From a virus: a stretch of DNA of 64,000 nt. Numbering within the stretch: the first letter of the stretch is position 1; each line of letters opens with the position of its first letter. The position numbers and the translations under genes were made by a program. The notes beneath the pieces were generated by a model that made no database searches, had not been told where the DNA came from, and saw only the letters and a list, made by a program, of their open reading frames with translations. The stretch is from IMG/VR virus record IMGVR_UViG_3300043429_000130, positions 55,643 through 119,642 of that record. One strand, written 5' to 3'. Shown piece by piece: positions 1 through 11,241 of the stretch.

Positions 1-250
1 GGCCTTCTGTAACTAAGTCTGTGTTATAATCTCCCTGGCGGGCTACTACAGCACCGGTTCTACCAAATACAGAACTAACAAGATTACCACCACTCTGTGT
101 GATAAGCTGTGCTATAGAAGCAGATGATATCCTACCTCCAGGTCCGGGTACAAGAACTTTATTCTGTGTACCGGTAGTAGCAGGTATAGAAGCTACAGAT
201 ACACCTGCAGGAAAATAAGCATTACCATAACTATCTACTTGATAAGACAT
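1..250 (-). CDS. Tail fibre-like protein, 5' part (runs off window edge)
   Basis: Not in ORF track. Manual translation from ATG at 250: MSYQVDSYGNAYFPAGVSVASIPATTGTQNKVL...VSSVFGRTGAVVARQGDYNTDLVTEG. The VSSVFGRTGAV..GDY motif is typical of phage fibre shafts. Overlaps the end of the 231..5042 gene. Confidence 0.75.
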   Translation of the reverse strand, partial: MSYQVDSYGNAYFPAGVSVASIPATTGTQNKVLVPGPGGRISSASIAQLITQSGGNLVSSVFGRTGAVVARQGDYNTDLVTEG

Positions 251-3200
251 TATCTAATTTGTTTTGTAGTTCTTCAATCTGTTTTTGTTGCTCTTTAATA
301 GCTTCAATAAGCAAAGGTACTATCTTCTCGTACTTAACTGTTAAGAAGTTCTCTCCTGATTTAGATACACCCATGTTATTATCAAATGGAGCTAATTTAA
401 CAGCTTCAGGTAATACCTCTTGTACTTCTTGTGCAAACACACCTGCTTCTCTTGTTTCTGTATCAGGTTCCCAACCATGTTTACTACCTACATTATTCCA
501 TTGATAAGTCATACCTGTTAGCTTCATCACCTTATCAATAGCATTATCTATAACTTGAATATTATGCTTTAATCTTTTATCAGAAGCATAAGCTATAATA
601 TCATAATACCCACGGAAGTGATTATCACCGTCATTTACAGAAGCTGTAATTGTAGCCCAGTCTGAGTTATTATAAAATCTAGTTCCATTATAACCATAGT
701 AAGCACCAATCTTAATACCTGTATGGAATGCAATATGTAAATCTGGGTAAGGATGAGACCATGATCCAGTTTGTCTATATATAGCATAACTATAATCTGA
801 GAAACTATTACTAAAATACAAACCAAATGGATGATCAGTAGCAACATCATGAATATTTCTAGTATAATGTGTAATTAAACTATGTAATCTTGAAGTACTA
901 TTTGGATCTAAATAATATGATGTATCATTTCTATCATAAAATATATTAGCATGTATCTCATTTACATCATAAACTGTATTACCATTTAAATACATAGTGC
1001 CATATAACCAGTTAGTACCTGTACTATATATACCTGATGGGTGATAAGATGCTGAACCAGTTCCTGCTACATTTGATGTTCCTTGAATAGAATAAGCAGA
1101 TAAGCCTGAAAATTTAACATCTGGATTTATAGTAGTACCAATTGTACCAAAAGAAGTAACTATTGATATATTCCAACCTGTACCTTGACTTCCTGCATCT
1201 GATGCTCTAAATCCAGAAGTAAAATCTAAAACACTAACTACTGGATATGACCATCCAGTGTTTGTTTCTCCAATCCATACACAGTCTACACCATCTTGAT
1301 TACCAAATCTTACAGTATGAACAGGTGCATTACTTCCACCTATAAAGGTAGCAGAAGAATTATATCCTCCTTGATCGTATGCATAGTTACCTAATAAATA
1401 CTCAGATGTTTGATTAGTAGAATAATTATAAATTCTAACTTTCATAGTCCACATAGGATTATTACCTCTAAAAGGTAATTTAATCCTTATAGCTCCAGTA
1501 GAACCGTCAGAAGAAAATGCTGCTCCTTTAGGTGCAAATACTCTACTAACAACGTTTGGAGATGAAGAAGAGTACCCATTACTACCAAAAGAACCATCAG
1601 AATGAATATTACCTGCAATACGTAAAGATGTACCTGATGTATTAGGATCTAAATAATATCCTCTATCGTTGTTATCATAGAATATAGTACCATAAACTGC
1701 TCCACCAGATTCTAAATATGAAGAAGCATATAAATAATCAAAACTTCTTTGTGAAGTTGTTCCAGAACTAGATGCGTAGTTAACGGATTGAGATCCAATG
1801 TTACCAGCATGTATAACAGGACTTCCTGCAGATATACCGCCACTAGTACCATTTATATATAACATACCTCTGATTTTAGTATTACCAGAAGTATCAACTA
1901 TTAATCTACCATGATGAGCATCGTTGCCTGACCAAGCATCACCAATACCATAATGACCATTACCATCTTGAAGATCGCTGTATCCAATGCTAAATATACC
2001 AGGATTATAGTTAGCAATACCCATAGTCCATAATCTATATCCTCCAGCACTTAAAGTTCCACTCATTACTATATAAGCACCATGAGTAGTATTAGTACCG
2101 TTATAAGCATTCAAGTGTAATGCTGGATAGTAATCAGCATTTATTGCAATAGCTTTTCTATTATCATCAGCATATATACGTGATGAAGTATCTATACCTA
2201 CACGTAGTGATGTATATGAGCTTGCATTAGGAATCTTTAATGCACTTAAGTTTGAAACACCATTAGGGTCTACATAATATCCTGTATCATTAGAGTCGTA
2301 GAATATTGGTGCTCTCATAGAACCTGCTGCTTCCATATAAACATGAGAGTACACTCTAGCATCTTCTATAAGAAGTCTACTATTACCACCAACCATCATA
2401 TTTACACTATGGCCTGTATAACTTCCTATAAATACAGAACCTGGAGTATGCACATACATACCTGCTTCAATACCAGGTGTTCTAGCATGTAATACAAATT
2501 TAACATGAGGACCATTACTAAATCTTACTTGAGTACCCCATCCACCTGGATCTGACCAATCATCTCCACTATCTCCTACATAAAGGTTTCTTAAACGTGA
2601 ACCTCCTGCTGGATTAAGATAATATGCTGTATCATTTGAATCGTAGAAAATAGGAGCACGCATGTCATCTCTAGCCCTAATAGAACCAGAAACAGCAGCT
2701 AAAAATGTACCATTTTCCATTACAAGAAGACCATGTGTATTAAGGTTTCCTGCTACACCACCTGCATTAGGATGAGACCAAGCTAAACCATAAAGTGAAC
2801 CTGTAGTTGTACCATCAGCAGGTAACTTATATGCGTCTCCCATTGCAAATACACCTTGATATCTAGTAGATGTATACACACCTACTACAGTGTTGCCATA
2901 GTTATCATCTATATAAAAATTACCATTAGCTCCATTTGCAGTAGTAGCATTACCACTAATATTCATACTAACACCACTCATAGCAGAAGCTAAACCTTGT
3001 AATGTATAACTTCTAATATAATAATCACCACTATTAAAACCAGCTATATAACTAATACCAGTACCTCTTTCAGAACCACCACCAGATGTATAGAAATAAG
3101 AGTTTTGAATGTAACCATTAGAATCACGTTGTACTATTGTATTAGCACCACCTGTTTGATTAGGACCATAACCTCCCAACTGTGAAGAGTTTGTTGCTGT

Positions 3201-5042
3201 AGAAGCATTACCAGATAAACTTCCACTAAATGTAGGAGCACTAACCGTACCTGTCATAGTAAGATTACCTGATTGGTCCATTACAAATACTTGAGTGCCA
3301 CTAGAATTTCTTATTTGGAAGTTAGTTTGAGAAACTATATTATAACTACCTGCACCTGTAGCTCCACTTGTATTAAATGATATTACAGCAGTTGAACCCG
3401 GAAGTCTGACGTTTTCATTATAGTTTCCTCCAGGACCTTGAGCTATTAATAATCCTACTGTAACAGCGTTTGATGTAGTGCTTCCTCTACTTGTTACCGA
3501 GTTTAATGTATCTGTCTCGGTATATGATGTAATATAACCGGGCCCATTAGTAAGTTGATTTAAATTAGTAAGATTACCACTATGATATATAGTGTTACCA
3601 TCCCAATATAAAACTTGATTTGTTCTCATTTCTAAGAACGTACCTTTTACACCACTAATATGAAATGCAATACCTGTTGCAGTATTATCATAAGATTCTG
3701 TCCATAAAGCTGCTGTAGTATAGTTACCAGCTGTTTGAGATTTTCTAGTTCTTAATCCACCATAATAAGTTGTTTCGGTAGAAGTAGTAGCTCCACGAGC
3801 TGTAACATTAGCAAGAGTAGAAGTCTCAGTATAAGAACTTATGTACCCACTTGGATTACTATTATTATAGGGTGTATACCCTAAAGCTGTTGTAACATTA
3901 GAAGAAGTTATTCCTGTAATATATCCAGATGGATTGGTAGAATTATAAGGTGTATACCCTAATGCATTGGTTACTTGAGTAGATGTAATACCTGTTAAAT
4001 AGCCACCACTTGCGTGGTTACCCCACCCATATGCAGTATTCCAGTTTGCACTATTGTCAGTTATGGATGTGCCCCAGGCAGTACCTGTAGATAAAGCTAT
4101 TCCTGCACTAGGATAAACCATTGAGTTAATAGTCCAACTACGGTTGGCTGTTAAATCATAGCTAGTTCCATTGATAGTTATAGTTCTAGCTTGTGGAACT
4201 TTTGTTCCTATAGAAGTAGAAACAGTTGTGGCAAAATTAGGATCATCACCAAGAGCTGCCGCAAGTTCGTTGAGTGTATCAAGAGTTCCTGGAGCTGCGT
4301 CTACTAAATTAGAAATAGCTGTACCTACATACGTTTCTGTAGCATACCCAGTTAAAGCAGATGATGTGATATATCCAGCTCCGTTAGTAAGCTGGTTGTT
4401 GTTAGTAATAGTATTAACTACGTTTAGGTTACCTCCTACAATAGATAAACTGATCCCAGCACCTGCTGAAGCAGTTAGTACACCTGTATTAATAACGTTT
4501 AAGTTCTGATCAACTACTGAAAGACTAATACCAGATCCGGCAGACGCTGTTAGTATACCAGTATTTATTACATTAAGATTCTGATTAACAACACTAAGGC
4601 TAATACCTAATCCAGCTGAGGCTGTTAATATACCTGTGTTTACAACATTTAAGTTTTGGTTTACAACACTTAAACTAATACCGGCTCCTGAACTAGCAGT
4701 AAGTATACCAGTATTAACAATGTTAAGGTTTTGATTAACTACACTTAATGATATACCTAAACCAGCACTAGCTGTCATCACACCTGTATCAATAGACCAA
4801 GCACGGTTAGAAGAAAGATCGTAAGAAGTTCCGTTGATAGTAATAGTTCTACTAGTAGGTGCATAAGCAGTTACAGCACCACCTACAATAGATCTTACCC
4901 ATGCAGTGGTTGGAACCTTTCCGCTATTATCTTCACCAGTAGGAGCTATGCCTAAAGCAAGACTAGCCGGTAATACCACATGACCGTCTGCATCATACTG
5001 AAATACATTAAGTATATGGGAGGTCTTCCTTTGTTTGTTCAT
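231..5042 (-). CDS. Long tail fibre protein with C-terminal intramolecular chaperone (Peptidase_S74-like)
   Basis: 1603 aa, G/S/T/N-rich. Shaft motif LDTLNELAAALGDDPNFATT. C-terminal SDKRLKHNI...G.FAQEVQEVLPEAV...YEKIVPLLIEAIKEQQ chaperone signature. Confidence 0.9.
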   Translation of the reverse strand: MNKQRKTSHILNVFQYDADGHVVLPASLALGIAPTGEDNSGKVPTTAWVRSIVGGAVTAYAPTSRTITINGTSYDLSSNRAWSIDTGVMTASAGLGISLSVVNQNLNIVNTGILTASSGAGISLSVVNQNLNVVNTGILTASAGLGISLSVVNQNLNVINTGILTASAGSGISLSVVDQNLNVINTGVLTASAGAGISLSIVGGNLNVVNTITNNNQLTNGAGYITSSALTGYATETYVGTAISNLVDAAPGTLDTLNELAAALGDDPNFATTVSTSIGTKVPQARTITINGTSYDLTANRSWTINSMVYPSAGIALSTGTAWGTSITDNSANWNTAYGWGNHASGGYLTGITSTQVTNALGYTPYNSTNPSGYITGITSSNVTTALGYTPYNNSNPSGYISSYTETSTLANVTARGATTSTETTYYGGLRTRKSQTAGNYTTAALWTESYDNTATGIAFHISGVKGTFLEMRTNQVLYWDGNTIYHSGNLTNLNQLTNGPGYITSYTETDTLNSVTSRGSTTSNAVTVGLLIAQGPGGNYNENVRLPGSTAVISFNTSGATGAGSYNIVSQTNFQIRNSSGTQVFVMDQSGNLTMTGTVSAPTFSGSLSGNASTATNSSQLGGYGPNQTGGANTIVQRDSNGYIQNSYFYTSGGGSERGTGISYIAGFNSGDYYIRSYTLQGLASAMSGVSMNISGNATTANGANGNFYIDDNYGNTVVGVYTSTRYQGVFAMGDAYKLPADGTTTGSLYGLAWSHPNAGGVAGNLNTHGLLVMENGTFLAAVSGSIRARDDMRAPIFYDSNDTAYYLNPAGGSRLRNLYVGDSGDDWSDPGGWGTQVRFSNGPHVKFVLHARTPGIEAGMYVHTPGSVFIGSYTGHSVNMMVGGNSRLLIEDARVYSHVYMEAAGSMRAPIFYDSNDTGYYVDPNGVSNLSALKIPNASSYTSLRVGIDTSSRIYADDNRKAIAINADYYPALHLNAYNGTNTTHGAYIVMSGTLSAGGYRLWTMGIANYNPGIFSIGYSDLQDGNGHYGIGDAWSGNDAHHGRLIVDTSGNTKIRGMLYINGTSGGISAGSPVIHAGNIGSQSVNYASSSGTTSQRSFDYLYASSYLESGGAVYGTIFYDNNDRGYYLDPNTSGTSLRIAGNIHSDGSFGSNGYSSSSPNVVSRVFAPKGAAFSSDGSTGAIRIKLPFRGNNPMWTMKVRIYNYSTNQTSEYLLGNYAYDQGGYNSSATFIGGSNAPVHTVRFGNQDGVDCVWIGETNTGWSYPVVSVLDFTSGFRASDAGSQGTGWNISIVTSFGTIGTTINPDVKFSGLSAYSIQGTSNVAGTGSASYHPSGIYSTGTNWLYGTMYLNGNTVYDVNEIHANIFYDRNDTSYYLDPNSTSRLHSLITHYTRNIHDVATDHPFGLYFSNSFSDYSYAIYRQTGSWSHPYPDLHIAFHTGIKIGAYYGYNGTRFYNNSDWATITASVNDGDNHFRGYYDIIAYASDKRLKHNIQVIDNAIDKVMKLTGMTYQWNNVGSKHGWEPDTETREAGVFAQEVQEVLPEAVKLAPFDNNMGVSKSGENFLTVKYEKIVPLLIEAIKEQQKQIEELQNKLDNVLSSR
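4413..4787 (-). repeat. Five tandem 75-bp (25-aa) repeats in the tail fibre N-terminus
   Basis: TG(V/I)(M/L)TAS(A/S)GxGISLS(V/I)VxxNLNx(V/I)N repeated five times, with diverged synonymous positions. Confidence 0.9.
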
Positions 5043-5051
5043 AACCTACTA

Positions 5052-8000
5052 TTATCTATTTATAAGTTGTTTTACTAAATCTTTAAGTTCTTCTATCTCA
5101 CTCTTCTGAGATTCTATTTGTGTCTGCTGCTCTTTTATAGCTTCTGTAAGTAATGCTACCATTTTGCTATAATCTATCGAATGCCTATCACTAATTCCAG
5201 CAAGTAGGTCAGGCTGTACGCTAACTACTTCAGGAACAATTTCCTTAACATCTTGCGCAATGAAACCAAGCTTAGTAGACTTATCTTCAATGTCTATTCT
5301 GTTATAATAAACACCTGTTAGCTGCAATACTTTTTCTAACGCATTCTTAACAGGGGTAATATTACTTTTAATCCTTTTGTCAGAATAAGCAGTTACGTCA
5401 CCAGACGCTGTAGCGTTACCTGAGTTGTCCACTCTAAATATCCAGTTTCTTCCAGTGTTTAAAAAACCGATTTCATTTGCGGCTGAGTTGTGAATATAAT
5501 TCCTAGTTGTGCCGCCACCTATAAAGTGTATAGACGCATCAGAGTTACCACTATGTACATAAAAATCAGAACCATTTTCTGGATATAAATGCCATCCTGT
5601 ATTAGACCAATAGATACCGTTGTTGTTGGTGTGATTTCTGAACCAACCACCGGATGTATAAACATCATTACCAGTTACACTACTTGCTGCAGTAAGACTA
5701 CCAGCCACAGTTACATACCCATTCCATATTCTAAATTGCTCTCCATTACCATACCTGAACTCCATTCTATCTGAGTATCCAAGTATAGATGTAGTAGGCA
5801 TACCTGATTCACCAGATGCACTAAAAGCAATTACAGATACTCCGTTTGGTGCATTGAACAGTCTTATATTTTCATTGTATGCATTAAAATTACCTCCATT
5901 GTTTATCCATACAGAACCATTACTTATCGTACTTCCAAAACTAGCAGCACCTGTACTAGAAAGAGTCATAGATGATGTTCTTGTTCCTCCTGTAGTAGTA
6001 TTGTAAAAAAACCAATCACCGCTAGGAGAAAATCTCATGTATGCCTGACCAAAGTTTCCATTAAATCTTCCGAAGCCACTTGGAGAACCTCCGTTATTAA
6101 TCACGTTATATCCAAAACCAGCCCAGTCCCATGTCACTCCGGGTTCAGAGCACCATTGATATAATACAACTCTTCCTGTTGCTGCTCCATTATTTGCAGC
6201 AGGTAATTCATTTTGAATATATGAAGTTCCGTGTCCTCCTGTATTTGTAAATCCATCTATTGAATAATATGCTCTACTTGCTACACTTGCACTGCCTGCA
6301 CTAGTAGCATAGTTAACAGATTGAGAACCGATGTTACCAGAATGTATTAATGTTCTTATTGTACCATTATCAAAAAAAGTACCATTAGCATAAATATAAT
6401 ATGTACCACCAACCGGTGAGCCAATATACGTTCCATAGCTTCCGTTATACCCAAAAGCATCGGTCATTGCACCATGTGAAAACATTGTACCACTACTTAA
6501 GCTAGAGTAAAATCTTGGGGCACGCATATCTCCCGCTGCAAATATTGTACTAGCCGACCAGATATATCCAGTGAAATTTGACATCATCCACTGAGCATAA
6601 GCTGATGTTGCTCCAACAAAATTAGATGTCAACACTCCATTGCCATTTACATTAGCTGCTGACATACCAAATAATTCAGCGCCAACTGTTGTATATCCAC
6701 CAAATGTGTGATTCCCAGAAGGATTATTTTTCCAATACAATCCCCAGTTAGCTGCGTTTTCTTGGAATATCCATGCATCAACTTCAGATACAGCATGCTT
6801 TAAAAGTATAGAACCACCAGGAGCAGTAAAAGTTATTCCACTAGCAGTACTAGAACCACGTGACATTACTGTTGCTAGTGTATCTGTTTCTGTATATCCT
6901 GTTATATACCCGGGGCCGTTAGTTAACTGGTTAAGATTAGTTAAGTTACTAGAATTCCAAACAGTATATTCTGTTCCGTTACTAGCGGCCCATTTTATTG
7001 ATCTACCTCTAAATACGTAATCTCCTGTATCAGTTGGTTCACCCCAATATACATTTTTACCAGATTCAAAATTATATACACCACTTACTGAACTATGTGC
7101 ACCTTTATACACAACTCTCCAGTATCCTGATGCTACATCTACTTTATATGCTGGATTAGTTATACCTGTATAATCACCACCAGCATTTGACCAAGCAGCA
7201 GCAAACACAGGAGTTCCACTCATTGTACCACCTGATAAAGGAAGAGCGTATGAATTATAATTACCGGCATGAATTATAGTATTGCCAAGTATACTAGCAC
7301 CAGTAGAAACAATTCTAAGTACTGAACTATTATTAGAACCTAAATGTAAAGGAGCATCTTGTACATTTATTATAGCAGCGTGGTTAGGTCCATGATATCC
7401 AGTAGGAGAACTTTCATTACAGTATCCAAGTAAGAGACCCCATGAACTATTATGACTAATATTCATTTGGTTATCTGTTCCACCTGTAACATTAAATATG
7501 CCACCATTTGTAGAACCACCTGTACCTATATTAGTCTTACCAGTTACAGTACCACCAGAAAGAGGTAAATAGTTACTAGGAATAAAATTTCCAGCATGCC
7601 AAACTTGGTTACCTCCTTGTTGAAGAGATCCAGTTACTACATTAACTGTTGAACCAGTAATGCGTAAAGTAGATGCTGATCCTTCAATATTTACAGTACC
7701 ATAAGTACTTGTTTGTCTGTTATAAGCTATTATATAAACTTGTCCTCCTGATGTACCTATTTCAGCTGCTAAACCTGTTGCAGCATTACCTGTATACCAA
7801 CCAGTAAAACGACCCATTCCACCTGTAGATATATCTCCACTAAAATCTCTCTGTGATACTGTTACAGCATTTCCTGAAATATTAGTTTGATCTCCTGTAT
7901 TAGTACCACTAAGATTTGCAGCTGTTAGTGAACCTGTAAAGTTAGCTGTACCATCTACAGCCATACTAAATCTTGTATCTGAATCTAAAGCTGCCCAACT

Positions 8001-9986
8001 TCTAGCTATTTTAAACTTATCACTATCTGAGTTATCAATACCCATTGACCAACCTTGCACACCTCCAATATCAAAAGAAAGTATTGGATCACCTCCAGTT
8101 GCAGAACTAGTTCTGATTGCTATAATAGCATTTGACGTAGCAGTTGTTCCTGTATTATATAAATATATAACAGGAACATTGGTACTTGCAGCAGTACTAT
8201 ACGTATCATTTGTATTAGTAATAGTAAAACCTGTATTAGTTGTACTATTTCTTAAAATAACACTTTGTAAAGTATCTGTTTCTGTATACCCAGTAATAAA
8301 TGCAGGAGCTCCAGTAATCTTAGACCAAGCCAAAGCTGTAATCCAAGAAGGATCTGAGTATGTACTAGTAGTATATACTAAACTATCTGTAATACCATAT
8401 CCTGCAATAGTAGTAGGTTTTGCAGATACGTTTGCAAAAGAAATACCTGTTATATAACCATTAGGGTTTGAAGCTAAGTAGTAAGTTGAGTTATCATAAC
8501 TCACTGTAGTACCGCTTACCTTTACAAAGCCTGTACCATTAAGTTGAGCTTGTTTTGTACCTATACTTGTTGCCACTGTAGTAGCAAAGTTAGGATCGTC
8601 TCCAAGAGCAGCCGCTAACTCATTCAATGTATCTAATGTACCAGGAGCAGCATCTACTAAATTAGAAACAGCTGTGTTTACATAAGATTGAGTAGCATAA
8701 GAATTATTTGTAAGGTAGGTTCCTACACGTGCGTCCGTGTAATATAAGTTAGTACCTTCTACAATGTTTGTAGTTGATGCAGCAACCTTAGTCCATAGAC
8801 CTGTAGATGCTACATATTTAATCATGTCTCCATCTGATGCATTCTTTACAGAAAGATCATGAAGTTCATCTAGCTCAAAACCGTTTTGTACTTTTACAAA
8901 AATCTCACCATTATTTTGTTGTACACGTGTAACAACACCAATAAATACTAGGTGAGCTGGAGCTGTAGGTTTATTTAATAAACCAAAAATAAGATTACCA
9001 TCTGTTCCTAACCATACAGGATCACCTGCATTTGCACCATTTGTATTTAATCCAGCAAGTAAACCTTCTGTTACAACAAAACCTTGACCATTTGTTGCTA
9101 AATTTTGAGCAACTAGTCCTAGTGTTTTACTAGATGTTTGTTCAGAAGCATTAGATGCTTTAGAAACAATCATATTAGTACCATCAGCAGATGATACATA
9201 AACCGCTTGACCTTTTGTTAAATCAACTCCTGCTTTTACAGTGTGTTGTACAGTACTTGTAAAATTAGGAATCCATGTAGTATTATAATCAGTACCATCC
9301 ACCTTAGCTAAGATGTCTCCAGCTATACCACCAGACGGAACTAGCCCTTGGTAGTTAGGTATATTAAATACTCCTGTAGAAGAATTATAAGTAGCTGCTC
9401 CTGATACTCCTGTAGTGGTTAAACTAACTGCGGCTCTTGCACGAGCATTTGTATAATATAAGTTTACAACTCCTTCAGGAAGTTGATCTGTAGTGGTTGA
9501 AGTTCCTTGATAAACAGGGCTAGCTACAATTACATCTATAATATCCCCAGTTGCCGCAGCTTCATTTAATGTAAATGTGCTACCGTTAGTAGCTGTACTT
9601 TGATTAGGAGATAAGTATACACCATTTAAGAATATATCAATAAGTCCTGGTGCATAACCATTTGTTACAGTGAATACGGTTTGTCCTTCTGTAACAACAA
9701 ATGTTTGTGTAGACTTAAGAGAGCTAGCACTACCACCAGTTACAGATAATACACCACTTCCTGAATCTATTGACAGACCAGTACCAACTTTAATACCTCC
9801 AAGTGTACTTGCAGAGGCAATAGGTAAGCTGTAAGGTTGAACGAAAGTTCTAACCCATGCAGTGGTTGCTAACTTAGTAGAATTGTCGTTAGCATCAGGG
9901 GTCTGACCAGTAGCAGTATTGTTAAGTGTAACTACACCATCTACTGTCAGACCAGCTTTAGCTAGTATGTCAGATAGAAATTTCAT
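5052..9986 (-). CDS. Second long tail fibre protein with C-terminal Peptidase_S74-like chaperone
   Basis: 1644 aa. Same LDTLNELAAALGDDPNF motif. C-terminal YSDKRIKSNI...GFIAQDVKEIVPEVV...DYSKMVALLTEAIKEQQ. Confidence 0.9.
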   Translation of the reverse strand: MKFLSDILAKAGLTVDGVVTLNNTATGQTPDANDNSTKLATTAWVRTFVQPYSLPIASASTLGGIKVGTGLSIDSGSGVLSVTGGSASSLKSTQTFVVTEGQTVFTVTNGYAPGLIDIFLNGVYLSPNQSTATNGSTFTLNEAAATGDIIDVIVASPVYQGTSTTTDQLPEGVVNLYYTNARARAAVSLTTTGVSGAATYNSSTGVFNIPNYQGLVPSGGIAGDILAKVDGTDYNTTWIPNFTSTVQHTVKAGVDLTKGQAVYVSSADGTNMIVSKASNASEQTSSKTLGLVAQNLATNGQGFVVTEGLLAGLNTNGANAGDPVWLGTDGNLIFGLLNKPTAPAHLVFIGVVTRVQQNNGEIFVKVQNGFELDELHDLSVKNASDGDMIKYVASTGLWTKVAASTTNIVEGTNLYYTDARVGTYLTNNSYATQSYVNTAVSNLVDAAPGTLDTLNELAAALGDDPNFATTVATSIGTKQAQLNGTGFVKVSGTTVSYDNSTYYLASNPNGYITGISFANVSAKPTTIAGYGITDSLVYTTSTYSDPSWITALAWSKITGAPAFITGYTETDTLQSVILRNSTTNTGFTITNTNDTYSTAASTNVPVIYLYNTGTTATSNAIIAIRTSSATGGDPILSFDIGGVQGWSMGIDNSDSDKFKIARSWAALDSDTRFSMAVDGTANFTGSLTAANLSGTNTGDQTNISGNAVTVSQRDFSGDISTGGMGRFTGWYTGNAATGLAAEIGTSGGQVYIIAYNRQTSTYGTVNIEGSASTLRITGSTVNVVTGSLQQGGNQVWHAGNFIPSNYLPLSGGTVTGKTNIGTGGSTNGGIFNVTGGTDNQMNISHNSSWGLLLGYCNESSPTGYHGPNHAAIINVQDAPLHLGSNNSSVLRIVSTGASILGNTIIHAGNYNSYALPLSGGTMSGTPVFAAAWSNAGGDYTGITNPAYKVDVASGYWRVVYKGAHSSVSGVYNFESGKNVYWGEPTDTGDYVFRGRSIKWAASNGTEYTVWNSSNLTNLNQLTNGPGYITGYTETDTLATVMSRGSSTASGITFTAPGGSILLKHAVSEVDAWIFQENAANWGLYWKNNPSGNHTFGGYTTVGAELFGMSAANVNGNGVLTSNFVGATSAYAQWMMSNFTGYIWSASTIFAAGDMRAPRFYSSLSSGTMFSHGAMTDAFGYNGSYGTYIGSPVGGTYYIYANGTFFDNGTIRTLIHSGNIGSQSVNYATSAGSASVASRAYYSIDGFTNTGGHGTSYIQNELPAANNGAATGRVVLYQWCSEPGVTWDWAGFGYNVINNGGSPSGFGRFNGNFGQAYMRFSPSGDWFFYNTTTGGTRTSSMTLSSTGAASFGSTISNGSVWINNGGNFNAYNENIRLFNAPNGVSVIAFSASGESGMPTTSILGYSDRMEFRYGNGEQFRIWNGYVTVAGSLTAASSVTGNDVYTSGGWFRNHTNNNGIYWSNTGWHLYPENGSDFYVHSGNSDASIHFIGGGTTRNYIHNSAANEIGFLNTGRNWIFRVDNSGNATASGDVTAYSDKRIKSNITPVKNALEKVLQLTGVYYNRIDIEDKSTKLGFIAQDVKEIVPEVVSVQPDLLAGISDRHSIDYSKMVALLTEAIKEQQTQIESQKSEIEELKDLVKQLINR

Positions 9987-9996
9987 TCAGAGTTTA

Positions 9997-11223
9997 TTAT
10001 TTCTTGATGATTACACGATATGCATTAGCAGAAGGAGCTACAGCAAAACTTACAGTTACTGTTGCAGCATCTGTAATTACTACATCTGTAATAACTTCTT
10101 CTAATGTAGTATTATCTTTAATCATGACAATTACATCAATAGTGTTTAAGCCGTGGGAAATAGCATAAGAAGTGCCAGCTCCACCAATGTTTACAGCATA
10201 ACCACCAGTTCTGTTATCTAATAAAGTCTTTAATTTAAGTGGAGTAACAATTGTAGTGTCATCTGTTCCAGCATCAGTCTCTGCTTGTGTTGCAAGTTCT
10301 GCAATACCTGTACGATATTCAGTAGCTGTACGAGCAGATAAACCAGATGGTGTTACTGCCTTTACAGTATCTGTACCAGTTTGTACTTCAATATCAGTTG
10401 CAATGTATACAAGACCTAATACTGTTGTAGTAGCTTGATCTCTATTAGTTTCTAAAACTATCCAATCTGCTTCTGTAATAGATTGAGCTCCATCATTTTT
10501 TGCTACAAAAACATCACCAATATTAACTTTAACTTGTGTAGCAGTATTTGTATTAATTAATCCGGCAGTAGTTGCATACCAGTAATCTCCTTTTTTAATA
10601 ACAGCAGGAGAAGTTACTTGAGGAAATGATGACCATAATGCTACATCCCAACCACCTTCTAAATTACCTAATCCACCAACAACAGTATCAATATAACTTT
10701 TAATTGCTGTAGAAGTAGCTAATGTAGAAGAACTAGAGTTAGCCATATCTGTGATAATAGTAACTTCTGCAGGATTAGCTGTAGCTCCGGATACGTTACC
10801 AATTACTGTTAGATTAGCAATCTGTTGTAACTTATCAAAAGTTACCGCATTAGCGTTAATTTTTACAGTGGTAACTGCAGAGTTAGCAAGTTTACCTGTA
10901 ATAATACCTAAGTCTTTTACTCTTAGACTATCATTATCAATTTCAATTGTAGCATTATCTACGTTTACATCCAACGTGATAACGTCACCGTTAGCTGATG
11001 TTGTAGCTGTTAAACCGCTACCTCCAAGAACATCTTGGATGTCACCTGACATATCAACCCATTGGGTTCCATCCCAGAAGAACATTCTTAATACTGAAGG
11101 AGTAGTGTCAAAATAGATTTGACCAACTACTGGACTTCCCGGTGCACCAGCATTGTTGTGTACCGCTACGTTGATAATCTGGTTTTTGGTGAGGTCCAGA
11201 TTGGTTAAAAACTTTTTAGACAT
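9997..11223 (-). CDS. Virion structural / tail fibre-associated protein
   Basis: 408 aa. Contains VTTVKI.ANAVT and ATQAETDAGTDDTTIVTP fibre repeats and a C-terminal ISHGLNT..V.V domain. Lies in the tail gene block. Confidence 0.7.
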   Translation of the reverse strand: MSKKFLTNLDLTKNQIINVAVHNNAGAPGSPVVGQIYFDTTPSVLRMFFWDGTQWVDMSGDIQDVLGGSGLTATTSANGDVITLDVNVDNATIEIDNDSLRVKDLGIITGKLANSAVTTVKINANAVTFDKLQQIANLTVIGNVSGATANPAEVTIITDMANSSSSTLATSTAIKSYIDTVVGGLGNLEGGWDVALWSSFPQVTSPAVIKKGDYWYATTAGLINTNTATQVKVNIGDVFVAKNDGAQSITEADWIVLETNRDQATTTVLGLVYIATDIEVQTGTDTVKAVTPSGLSARTATEYRTGIAELATQAETDAGTDDTTIVTPLKLKTLLDNRTGGYAVNIGGAGTSYAISHGLNTIDVIVMIKDNTTLEEVITDVVITDAATVTVSFAVAPSANAYRVIIKK

Positions 11224-11241
11224 GGTATATATATTTTACAA

